From the NCBI RefSeq assembly GCF_009914755.1, contig NC_060948.1: a stretch of 64,000 bases of DNA. The stretch is one strand, 5' to 3'. The notes beneath the pieces were generated by a model, which did no database searches, was not told where the DNA came from, and saw only the letters and a program-made list of their open reading frames with translations. The position numbers were made by a program, and so were the translations under genes. This DNA comes from the human T2T-CHM13v2.0 reference genome, Homo sapiens. This document shows, piece after piece, positions 46,062 to 57,249 of the stretch (within the stretch, counting starts at the first letter, position 1; each line of letters begins with the position of its first letter).

Positions 46062-46522
46062 TAAGGGAGGAGACAAGCCCTCATATTGTCTTATGCCCAA
46101 TTTCTGGCTCCAAAGAAAGAAGAAGTAAAAACTAAAAGGCAGAAATGAAATCCAAGGGCAGACAGCCTGGCACTGCACCCTGGGCCTGGTATTTAAAGAT
46201 TGACCCCTGACCTAACTGGTTATGTTATCTATAGATTCCAGACATTGTATGGAAAAGCACTGTGAAAATCCCTGTCCTGTTCTGTTCTGATATGATTACC
46301 AGTGCATGCAGCCCCCAGGCTCGTACCCCCTCTTGCTCAATCAATCACGATCCTCTCACATGGACGCTCTTAGAGTTGTGAGCCCTTAAAAGGGACAGGA
46401 ATTGCTCACTTGGGGAGCTTGGCTCTTGAGACAGGAGTCTTGCCAATACTCCTAGCTGAATAAACCTCTTCCTTCTTTAACTCGGTGTCTGAGGAGTTTT
46501 GTCTGCAGCTTGTCCTGCTACT
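46062..46522 (+). mobile_element. LTR2 (HERV-E family) solo LTR
   Basis: TAAGGGAGGAGAC...CCTCATATTGTCTTATGCCCAATTTC...CTTGTCCTGCTAC. 4-bp TSD CTCT at 46058 and 46523. Confidence 0.88.
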
Positions 46523-46886
46523 CTCTAGCACTATCCATGCAAAATAGTAAAGATAGTGTGAAGCAATGCAGGCATGTATGTGAAATTTGGCTTTACACTA
46601 AATCCAACTTCATGCTTAACTATATTAAAAAAAGAATTGCCAAACTGCTGATGCATTTTTACAATACTTCTTATTTTACTTTAATCAAGACTAAGAGCTT
46701 TAAGTATGAAAATGTTAATTAGTGAAATGTCTCCAATTCTTTATCTTGTGTTAAAGAACATTTTATTATTTAAACTGTTTCCACATCTTTCTCCCCTGCT
46801 TAATGATTTATTACTACATTGTTTTTATAAATAACCTTTTCATATCTGTAATTTGAACTTTTAGATAACCTCTGAATTAGACAAAA

Positions 46887-46889
<3 letters not shown>

Positions 46890-46916
<27 letters not shown>
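46890..46916. repeat. Poly(T) run of about 27 nt
   Basis: Read directly from the sequence. Confidence 0.95.
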
Positions 46917-46917
<1 letters not shown>

Positions 46918-49900
46918 CTAATAACATAACCCTTTCTGGCACAGTTTGTACACAGAATTACATATTAGTTAGAATTTTATACCTAGTAACATAAAAGTTT
47001 AGTGAAACCTTAAAAAGTAAGAAATCCTGAACTATCAGACCTGACATTTATAGATAAGAACAATTCCACACAATGTTAGAAACATGTTCCAGATCACAAC
47101 CGTTTCTTAATTGGAAATGACCCAGATACTAAATGAGCGTCAGAAATAACTTTAAGATTTTAATTTACACAAAAGGTTTACCTAAAACATTTTTCTAATT
47201 CACTGTAATTTTTACTTTTATCAAGGGAGACATGAAACATCAATTAACAAGTGTAAAATGAACATTGGTTTGGTCTGGAAAGGTGGGACAACTCAAGACA
47301 GGGAGGGGACTTGGGGTCTTTTAGATCATAGGCAGGAGAAAAGCGAATGTATTCTTTTGAGTTTCTGGTTGCCTTTCCAAAGGAAACAATCAGATATGCA
47401 TTTATCTCAGTGGGACTTTGAATAGAATGGGAGACAGATTCACCCCTAGCATCTCCCATCTTGAATTAACACTGACATTTAAAAATATCTAGCAAAGACA
47501 AACATAAAATTCAGACAAAATGTATGCTATTTGAAAGACATTTCTATTTTCACTCCACCAATAATTTTAAAGGTAGCTTGTTCAGTAAAATTATACTCAG
47601 GTCAAGTAAACTTGAAAACTGCTTAGACTTATTTACTTAATTTATGAGCGCTCTTTTACTTATAAAGGGGTCCAATAGCTTGGAACCTTCACCATGAGAT
47701 AGCAATATAACCTTGCCAGTTTTACTTTGCTCCAAGAGGTAATCCAAGGAAGGTTCTGAATGAAAATTTTGGGTAAAGGAGTCTCCATAGCAGTTTGATT
47801 TTTAAAGGCTAAACCTCCCCAGACTCCAAGGAGCACTGGGGCCAAAGAGTACCGAGTGTCCTCCTGTGGGGCCCAATCTTAGAGTATCAGATATCTCTGA
47901 CCTTAGGTTGGCAGCAGTGCCACTTTGCCTGCTTTCCCTCCAGAGCCTATTGTGCGCTTTCCTTTGGTACCTAGTTGTAATCCCCAACTTTTAGGATTTT
48001 TATAAATTGATAAGGCCACACTTTCCCATGCTTCCCATTCCATGAACTTTAATGATAGGATCTGGAGATTGCATGGGTTTCCTTTGCTCTTTCTCAGTTG
48101 AATAGGCAAAGGTAAGAATTTAGCATAAGAAAAGAAGATTTAAGTCATCAAAAACATCTGAGAGTTTGCTCCAAGCTACGTGGCATGTGGACGTCAGGGA
48201 CCATGCATGGAGAAGATTCTTAAAAAGTCCTTCCCACTTTGAGGAAGGACTATTTCCCTTTGTTCCTAGGCCTTCAGGCAGTAGCAGGGAGTGACCCCAG
48301 CCAATTGCCCTCACTCTTCAAGGAGCTACTAGGAAAGAGCCACTGAAAGACTGAAAAGGAAAGAGGGGGAAAACAAACAAACAAAAAAGACCCTGGTCCC
48401 TTAAGGAAATCAGCAGTGACAGTCAGGCTTCTCCACATGGAAACCCCTTAGTTTCACTATGTAAAAAGTAAGTAGAGGTTCCTCATGGGTGAAAAATTAA
48501 GACCCACCCAGTGTTACAAATAAATCCAGACTCTCAGCAATGCAAAGAAAAAAAAAAGAAAGAAAGAAACTGGCCAGCAACCTAGCTTAAAGGATCCTCA
48601 CATACTGCGGCAATAACTCTGTGCACAAAGTGAGAAAAAAGAAGCCGCAGGATTAGTCCCAACCACCAAGGAAAAAAAAAAGCTGTGGGACAGTAAAGCA
48701 TTCCTTGGTTAGGAGAGAAAAACTTCAGGTAATGTATTCCTTAGTCAGGTTGTCCTGGAGGTTAAAAAGAAGTGAGAAAATCCCCATAGAGCGAGGGCTG
48801 AACCTCAGAAAGAGATGAGAAATCCCTATGGGTGGTGTGGAACCTCAAAAAGTGGTGAAAAATCCCCCTGGTGGGAGGGTTGAACCTCAGAAAGAGGTGA
48901 GAAATCCCCATGGCAGGGGTTGAACCTCAAACAAACCTCCAGTAGCAAGAAAAATATTCAGAACCCCCCCTTTCCTTTCTTCTCAGGGGAAGAAAGAATA
49001 GCTCCACTCCTGCTGGTCTCTCTCCTAGTGGAAGGCGAAGGAGAGGGAAAAACAGCAGCATAGGTGGCTGGCAGAGACAAAAGAAAGATCAGCAGAAAAG
49101 AAAAAGAAAAACAAAACAAAACAAAAACTAGGAGAGGAAGTCAGAGGAACAAAAAGCAACAACAGCAAGCACAGAGCCAAACAACAGCCAGGCAGACAAT
49201 CCAAGGGTCTGTGTAAAAAAGAGGGTGAGGACCAGCACTGGGAGGAGAGCAGAGGAGGTGAAGGCATAATTCTTGCAATTTGCGGCAGGCATCTGCCAAG
49301 CCTCTGGGTCGGTGACTGCCTGGGGCCCAGACAGCAGCCATGCATATCCCACCCACCCAGCCAGAGAAACTAAGTGTAAAAACAAACGAAGAAAAGTAAA
49401 AAGGGAAATAGGGGGGAAAAAACCCAACAACAACAGGAGAAACAGACGGCCCTGCTCACAGCAGGAGCGGGAGAACTCTGGAAAGGAAAGGGAAACAGGA
49501 TGATAGAGAGAAAGATAGGAAGATAGAGTGCAAATGAGAGAGAGAGAAATAGAGGGAAAGAGTAAGAGAAAAACTGGAAGAGACATAAATCAAAGGAAGA
49601 CACAGAGGGTGAAACAAGAAAAAAGTGTAAAAGGAAGGCAGAAAGTTAAAACATCTTAACGATTGTCTGTAAAAGTCATAAGAAAAACTATAAAAGGGAA
49701 TTTATGCAAAAAATGTATAATTTAAAAGTAATTAGTCCTCCTGAATGTAAAAGTGTTTTAAAAAAACAGTTTATGTACAAGGTATGTAAGAAAAATATAA
49801 TGTACTTTTAATAACAGGATTGTAAGGAGGCATAAGAATATGGATTTTTACCTACATTAAAGGCTAAACATTTTTTTTGTTTGTTTTAAAGGTTTAAGCA

Positions 49901-50499
49901 AGTTTTAAAATGTTAATTGTAAAGAAAATTCTGTGTGTAAACATCCTGGCTAAAGTTAAAGGGGTATCATCCAGTTTATCTGTGAACTGCACATTAAAAT
50001 AAAAGCTCAATAAATTTTTCTTAAAGCACTAACCTGCTCTTTAACAAACATTGTAAGAAGTTAAAAAGAGTCTATAAAATTCTTACCTTATAGTCAGACA
50101 TTAAAATTGAATAAACAATGCCTATAAAATTTTATTAAAATTAAGTTTAACATTAATAGCACATTAATATAAAGGTAAAATTTAACTTATCTGGTATAAA
50201 GTCATACAAAAACATTGTCAAATATAAAATGGTGTTTAGTTTTCTTAGGCCTAAAGGTGGCCAGGTAAGTCACAAGGTCCCTCATCCCCAAGGCTATAGC
50301 ACGTAGGGGTGGTAAAGGCCACAGGAAAGCCAAACATTAAGAAGGGGCAGGGTCGCAGTGTCCCCTGGGTGGTGCTAAGTAGGAATAGCGCAACGGGCAT
50401 CACCATGATGCCTCAAGCCCCAGGATATGCATCAGAAATTATATATTAATTTATCTTCCACTTTCCCTTCCCTCAGAACTAAAAGTTCAGAACAAAAAG

Positions 50500-52330
50500 T
50501 GGCACAGGTACCACCCCTAGAATTTCCAGTACACCAGCACCAGCCTAAAAACCATGTTCTCATCAAAAGATAGAAAGAAAAAAAATGCAAGCTATCCTGG
50601 GAAGAACCCTATTTTATGCTGTTAACCACTAAGACTGCCATCCTCACAGATGAGTAAAAAATGGACCCACCATACAAAAGTCAAAAAAAACTTGCCTCAC
50701 AAAATCATGGGTTACTGTACTAAAATCAAGCCCTACTAAGTTAAAGTTAAAAAAAAAGTTTAATTTTCTTGTATCTTCTATATTGCTTCCTTTCCTTTCA
50801 TTATTGTCTTACAAGCTCCTTGGTTATTAATGTAACTAAGTCTGACTCACCTCAGATCATTGCCTTTAATCTTTGCTCTGTCATACCTTGTGGAAATGTA
50901 AAAGATCAACAACAGCTAGGCTTTTCACACAAATACTTATGTTCCAGCCCTCTAATTGACACAGTTACCCCAAGCACTTGTTGTAATGACCTGCAGCCAA
51001 GATGCTGATTTCCTGCTCCTACAGCCTGGCAACCTTGTAGTGAATGGGACCACATCCCATAAACTACCGAGAAGCAAAGTTAGACTTCCATGAAAAAGGT
51101 TTGTGCAGATCTAAAACCCCTCATCTATTTCACTAAAAGGACTACCCCTTCTAACTGTCGACCTTATCAATGTAACCCTGTCCTTCTCTCTATCACCACC
51201 TCCACCTTAACTAACTCTAGACCTCCCCTTAGTCAATTCTGTTGTATGGGAATTAACATAAATGGAAAAGACCCCCTAGATATTTTTTAAATACCCATTT
51301 TTCTCCCATCTTCCCCTTCTTCAGTAGCCTCAGTTCTAAGTTCCACACCGGTTACTCCTACATCTAATAAAACTAGGATGTTTATTGTAAAAATAAAAAA
51401 TCAAGACAGACCTTAACCATCAAGACAAAATATCAGGATGCAAATGCCTGGCTGAAATGGATTAAATATTCCATTCTCACTTTAAATAAAAGCAATTATT
51501 GTGCTTGTATACACGGTAGGCCAGAGGCCCAGATTGTCCCCTTTCCACTCAGATGGTCTTCTCATCAACCAAATATGGACTGTACGGTGGCTCTTTTTCA
51601 AAATCCCACTGCTTGAAATAATCCGTCATACTGAGCTCTCTCTGCTGTTTCCTGAAATTCAACACCCTATGGGTCAGTCCCTGAGGGCAATCCAGCTTCC
51701 ACCTCTAAATGCCAATTTTGCTTTGTGCCTCACATGGGAGGAGGAAAATTTGGTATTCCTTGAAAGCATAAAAGAATACAAGAAGCACAAGCCCTTCCAA
51801 GAGCTTGCCCATCAGTCCATGCTTAGCCATCCCCAAGCAAATGTATAGTGGTACTGTAAAGGACCTTTACTAAACACTCTGACAAATAATTGAAGCAGTA
51901 CCTATGCTCTAAACGAATTGGCTATCCCCTTCACCCTGGCATTTCATCAGTCTAAAAAGGTAAAAACAAAACACCGCAGGCCAAAACAACTCTGAAGTCT
52001 TTTAATCCTCAGATTTATATAAATGTTATTAAGGTCCTATAAGAAGTGCCAAATAAGTTTAAAACACAAAATCAAATAGCTGTGAAATTTGAATCCATGT
52101 TGTTCTGGCAGGTAACTATAAATTAAAAAAAATTAACTTCAATTCTCACCTTGTTCACTCTTATTATTGGTGTACTTAGTCTTATAAATTGTTATATTAT
52201 TCCCTGACTTCAAAGTTTTATACAAAAACTTGTCTCTGCCACGCTTACAGAGTTAACTCCTAACTCTTCTCCACAGTATTAAAAAAAATTACTTCTCTTA
52301 AAAGAACAAAGAAAACAATTGTCAAAACAT
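50500..52330 (+). pseudogene. Integrase C-terminus and env remnants of the inner provirus
   Basis: Manual translation gives HQHQPKNHVLIKR*, WEEPYFMLLTTKTA, WTHHTKVK, YQDANAWLKWIKY and CACIHGRPEAQIVPFPLRW. Many stops and frameshifts. Confidence 0.8.
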
Positions 52331-52378
52331 ATTAAACAAGTTTAAAGGGAAATCATAAAATAATAAGAGGGGGAATAT

Positions 52379-52893
52379 TGTAAAAAGTAAAGTAGAGTTT
52401 CCTCTTCAAAGACTTTCCTCCCCATCTAATTAGGAATAAATAGTAACTTCTCTTAGAAGCAAAATCTATTCAAAGACCTGTGCTCCTAAATATTTTCTCT
52501 GGCATGCTTATACTGGTCCAAGCAAGCATTAAGTCGTAGCCTGTTCCTCTTCCTTATTTAAATGCATTTTACCTTTCTCAGCATTCCACAAGTTACTTTC
52601 TCCTTCCTTTGTTCTCCTCTACCTTTGCCTCTTTTAAAAAGTTCTAAGTTGCTAGCCAATCAAAACAAATACAAAATTTGACATCCCATTCCAGCCAATG
52701 GAAACCCAACACAGCAGTGAGGTGGACACATCAGGTTATAAATGATTGTCTCCTTTGTTCAGTGTACTCTCATTTCAAAACTACCGGCGAGTGTACTCTT
52801 TCTGCAGGAAGTAAAAATGGCCTTTCTAAATAAATTAAATTTATGTTCAAGTGCTATTTCTTTACAGCACTGGGGAAACAAGCATTTCAAACA
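52379..52893 (+). mobile_element. LTR10C-like 3' LTR
   Basis: TGTAAAAAGTAAAGTAGAG...CTCTTCAAAGACTTTCCTCCCC...AATAAA...CATTTCAAACA with TG...CA termini. Confidence 0.85.
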
Positions 52894-53056
52894 ACTGGCA
52901 TGGCCAGAAACCTGCAGTTGCTTCCATGTTTAGGTGCTGCCAACCAAGGGTCATATCTTGGAAAGGAAAACAGAGAGGGAGACATTCCCCAGTATGGAGC
53001 AGAAAGGAAAAGGAGAAAGGAAAAGACTAAACCCCAAACTTTGGGCTTACCTTTTC

Positions 53057-53074
53057 CTCCTGGCTGGCTCACCA
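53057..53074 (-). other. Primer-binding site complementary to tRNA-Arg(ACG)
   Basis: Plus strand CTCCTGGCTGGCTCACCA versus the recalled tRNA-Arg 3' end CTCCTGGCTGGCTCGCCA (1 mismatch, CpG decay). It lies 5 nt from the LTR. Confidence 0.85.
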
Positions 53075-53079
53075 AAATA

Positions 53080-53443
53080 TGTTAACAGTGGAATCTGTCC
53101 AGGTTCTTGGTATCTTGAAGAAAGAATTAGACAAGATGCACAAAAAAAGCAAGGAAGGAATGAAGGGATTTATTGAAAATGGAAGTATACTCCACAGTGT
53201 GGGAGTAGGCCTGAGCATAGAGGATCAAGGAGCTTGTTACAGAGTTTTTGTGAGTTTATAACACCCTTTACTTGGTGTATACCCTTTACTTGGTGTACAC
53301 CCTATGTAGATGGAGAGGATGAAGTAAAGTTACAAAGTCATTTACTCGGCATACACCCTATGGAGAGGATATTTCCTGTCATAGCTGAAGTGTGAATCGA
53401 CCTTATTATGTTCCCTGCCTCCAGATCCTATTTCCCTGCCTCA
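53080..53443 (-). mobile_element. MER61 5' LTR
   Basis: Homologous to 41465-41802 and adjacent to the PBS. Confidence 0.88.
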
Positions 53444-54039
53444 ATTTCATTTGTTGATTACTGGACTTGCTTCCTCTTTGGCTATTGTGTGAATAATGCT
53501 GCTATGACATGAATGAACAAGTCCTGCACCCTGGTGTGGTGATATGAATGGGGATAAGTAGAGGGTATTCTCAAAAGAGTAGAAAGGGAGGGAGCTTCCA
53601 AGAAAGAACTTGTTTAAAACTTAGCAAAAGTTCTTAAAAATTTTAAAATATTTTGCATATTTAGTTAGAATTTGGGTGAAGAAAATTTTACCAGCAATTT
53701 TCTCCTATAAAGTCTCTTTTATTTTATTTTGGCTGCCAGCACCCTGCATAAATTTCTTAATGTGTCGTCAGTATAAAGGAGCCACTGTAGCCTGGAAAGG
53801 ATATAGCTAGTCATTTTTTACCTCACTTAGAGTGGCACTTTTATTGTTATCTCCAGTAGGTGACTGGTTGCAGTGAAGAAAGGCAGCCACATCTTTCTGT
53901 CATCTTGTTTGTTTCCCTACAGTGTGCTTTATTTAAGGATCTGATTTCAGGACTGTAGTCCTCTTGTCTATGGAGCAGATAGCTCTTCCTCCTCCTTCAG
54001 TTGACATATGGACTACCTTCTGTATTTAGACTAATTGAA

Positions 54040-55140
54040 AGGTCCTGAGAGTATAAAGATGACTGAGGCAGAGCCCCTGCCCTCTACAGTCCATAGTTTA
54101 GGTGGGAAACAGAAAAGATATAAAAACACGTGCCCAGTGTAAGCAGAAAAAGGGGCAGTCCACGTAAGCCGGATAGACGTGTGTGGCTAGACGATCAGAG
54201 AAGGCCTCAGAAAAGAAGTGCCTTTGCAACGTGTCTGGAAAGATGGCAGGCTTTCCTGTGACAGAAGAGGACTGAGTTAGCGTGGCAAAGGCACAGGGGA
54301 GCCAATCAGGCATCTTTGGGGACTTCACAGAAGTTCAGTTTGTAGGGGATGTTTTTGAGGAAAAGGACAGAAAATAGAGATGAAGCTGATGAGTGAGTTT
54401 CGGGACTCCTATATCAGGCTAAGGAGATTGGACTTTGTGCTTTCAAAGAGATTTCTGCTGAAAGCATTGCTGCCCAGTTAGGAAGATCACTTTAGAGAAG
54501 GCACTGAGGATGGGTTTTGGTGGGATGTGACAAGAAGCCCATGAGAATCTGTTTGAAGCAAAGGGACAGATACAGGGGGTGTCACCAGTCATTATGATAT
54601 TCAGGAGCAGGAACCTCCAGTTCTTCATGACCTACTGAATGTTTCAGGAGGGAGAAGAGTGAGATTCTGTGAGGATGAGTCCCAGGTTGCACTCCCAGGC
54701 TGGCTCTGCGTTTAGATCCAGATGATGCGGCTCCCCGTGACGGGAAGACAGGAGAAGCAGGAGTATGCTGTGTTGTGTTTGGTTTTGTTTTGCTTTTGAT
54801 GGGGAAAGGTGGTATGGAGAATGAGGGCTGCTTTTGATGGATGGCTGGGAATGACCTTGGCTCCATTCAGGTGGAGGTGCATCCAGGAGGCAGGCGGGAA
54901 TGAAAGATTGGAGCCAGGGAGACAGGCTGGAGCTGAAAGTAGGCACAGGCTCTTGGAGATCTGGACAGGGAAGAAGTAGGAGTGGACATGAGGGAAGCTA
55001 TGGTGGGAAGAGACAAGGATGCATGGTCTATTCTGGAAGTTGAAAGAGGAAGAGAGGCAACCAGGCCAGGGTGATAGAGTTTGTATCATCCCACGTGGAA
55101 TGAGTCAATGCAAAGAAGGTTTTAAACAGCTATTCAGCAA
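54040..55140 (-). mobile_element. Old L2 fragments
   Basis: CCCTGCCCTC...CATAGTTTAGGTGGG, ATCAGAGAAGGCCTC, GGCTAAGGAGATTGGACTTT, AAGATCACTTT, GGAGCCAGGGAGACAGGCTGGAGCTG. Confidence 0.6.
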
Positions 55141-55459
55141 TTAGAGTGACAGCTGTGAGCTCACTTGGCTCATCTCCTCCAACACTTAAAGTGAAATCCT
55201 TGTTGGTGAAAAAATTGTTTTATATGATCTTCCTCTTTACAATGCACTATTCCATATTTGTAGAGTTTTCTTCTCAACTCAACTATGTATATATAAACAG
55301 AAAATGTTCCACAGTTTTAAAAGTGTACAGACTCTTCCATAATGTGCATCCTGGTAATTAATTAGTTTTCACGTTGATGAGTGATTTCACTGCATGACTG
55401 TTGGTCAACCTAAGGATTTTACTTTAAAGTCATTTATGTTTTCACTTTTTAAATTTTAA

Positions 55460-55662
55460 AGCTTACTGATATTGAGGATCCAAGAGAATGGTGGAGGGAG
55501 AGCAAGAGCACAGGTTGAAGGAATATTTAACTGTAGCCCAGGAGGCTCTCAATGCCAAGAAAGAAATCTACCAGATTAAGCAGCTGCGGTTCTAGCTGGC
55601 CTAGAAGGAATACCAGCAGCTGCACAAAATGTGTGAGGATGACAGCCAGTCATATGTCAGCT
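55460..55662 (+). pseudogene. WWC3: Decayed coding exon of WWC3 (WWC/KIBRA family; end of WW2 into the coiled coil), unprocessed
   Basis: Manual translation gives LTDIEDPREWWR/(1-nt deletion)/[52 protein letters not shown]. Recalled WWC3 is [67 protein letters not shown]. TAG stops lie at 55593 and 55602. A T-rich tract precedes the exon and the donor GTGAGT follows at 55663. Confidence 0.9.
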
Positions 55663-55849
55663 GTGAGTTGATGTGTCTCCTTTGGTTAACATGAATGACT
55701 TTGAAAGCTGTCTGTCTGCTAGGTTATCTGCAAACACTGACCCTTTCTCAGGCAAGATGGCTTCCAAATGTTCTGATCTCATACGGGGTAATCAATATTT
55801 GGCACTGGAATCAGATCAGCATCCTGTAGCCCCTCCTGTGGCAAAGATT

Positions 55850-55985
55850 TTTTCAAGTTGTTACTTTGTGCCCAGGCACTTGGATATGGTGGTAACTAAG
55901 ACAGTAAATGTCCCTGCCCTTACGAAGCTCATGCTTAAGTAGGGAAAACAGAAAATGAACAAACAAATGCAATTTCTGGTACTGT
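55850..55985 (-). mobile_element. L2 3' fragment
   Basis: TACTTTGTGCCCAGGCACT...GTCCCTGCCCTTACGAAGCTCATGCTTAAGTAGGG. Confidence 0.65.
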
Positions 55986-56773
55986 GTGAAACAACCTTAT
56001 GCCTCATGTTTGTCAGTGTTGAAGAGGGCTGTTCTGGGAGAAGCCAAAGCATTTTGCTTTGAACACAGTCAGTCACATGTGAGCCAATTCCTTCCCAGCA
56101 GAGCTGTTGCCCTCTACAGTCTCCCCACAGTTATCCATGGACACAACTGACGTAGGCATCCATGAACTTGGAGAACATGGATGAAGTTGGTACCACTAGA
56201 TTGTATTTTATAAAACCCTAAGTCTATTTAAGACATGTGAGTCTTTCCTGTGATACCACTTATTTTGCCACGTTTTCGGTTTCAGTAAAAAAGATTTAAA
56301 CATTAAGGACATAGTCATAGCTTTATGCTGTGTTGCTAATCACATTGGAATTAAGATCAAAAGGCAATATTCTTTGGTTTTTGTTTGTTTGGATTTAAAC
56401 TGCAGTTATTGGTGAAGGCAAATAAGCCATACATGCTGTGGAGAATAATGGGATATTCCCCCTTAATACAAATTTAAGATGTCTCTGTAGTCATGAGCCT
56501 TAAGAGAATAGAGAGCACTGAAGCATACTGGCATGTCTTATTTTTTTTTTCTCTTACAGGTAAATAACAGTTTTTTAAGCCCTTATTCAGAATGATCATC
56601 TCAGTACAAATTTTTAGAGATTAGTTTCTCATTTCTATAGCTTTCTTTTCTTGCAATAGCTATCTAACTTTCTTATCAGAGTTATGCTGGACTTAAATAA
56701 TGAATTGTCAAGTATTCCCTTTTCTTTTCATTTCTGAAGACTTTGTGTAAGATTACCATTAATGCTTCCTGGG

Positions 56774-57070
56774 TTTTTTGTTTTTTGTTTTTGAGAAGGA
56801 GTCTCACTTTGTCACCAGGCTAGAGTGCAGTGGCTAGATCTTGGATCGCTGCAACCTCTGACTTCCTGGTTCAAGCAATTCTCCTGCCTCTGCCTCCCAA
56901 GTAGCTGGGACTAGAGGCACATGCTACAACGCCCAGCTGATTTTTCTATTTTTAGTAGAGACAGCATTTCACAATATTGACCAGAATGGCCTCCATCTCC
57001 TGACCTCGCGATCCACCCTCTTCAGCCTCCAAAAGTGCTGGGATTACAGGCGTGAGCTACCACACCCAGC
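56774..57070 (-). mobile_element. AluSc-like
   Basis: GTCACCAGGCT, GACCTCGCGATCC. TSD CATTAATGCTT on both sides. Confidence 0.9.
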
Positions 57071-57249
57071 ACATTAATGCTTTCTTAAATATTTGCTACA
57101 ACTTACAGCAAAAGCCATATGGGCCTGAAATTTATAGTTTGTTTAAATATCACCTTTAATAGATGCAGAACTACTCAGATTTTTTCTCTCTTTTTTAGTC
57201 AGTTTTGGTATTTATGTTCTTTAAGGAAGTTGTCTGTTTCATCTAATCC

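Larger units (their letters stand above)
48460..52893 (+). mobile_element. HERV-I/HERVIP10-family defective provirus (LTR10C-like LTR), nested in opposite orientation
   Basis: 25-bp 5' LTR stub at 48460-48484 matches the start of the full 3' LTR at 52379-52893. PPT AAGAGGGGGAA precedes the 3' LTR. Integrase C-terminal and env remnants are present. TSD ACTA/ACTG. Confidence 0.85.
41465..53443 (-). mobile_element. MER61-type (MER4-group ERV1) provirus with two LTRs and nested insertions
   Basis: Homologous LTRs at 41465-41802 and 53080-53443. Reverse polypurine tract TCTCCCCTCT at 41803. PBS next to the right LTR. Degenerate 4-bp TSD ATGT/ATTT. Confidence 0.88.

Noticed and set aside
48771-48930. 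Repeat-spacer-like pattern reminiscent of a CRISPR array
   Set aside because: The context is a eukaryotic ERV, the variable parts are only about 10 nt and related to each other, and there are no cas genes. It is a minisatellite.
49025-49603. Overlapping Leu/Ser/Phe-rich minus-strand ORFs up to 152 aa
   Set aside because: They are a by-product of the purine-rich low-complexity ERV internal sequence.
53057-53074. Match to a tRNA-Arg 3' end
   Set aside because: It is only 18 nt and adjacent to an LTR, so it is a primer-binding site and not a tRNA gene.
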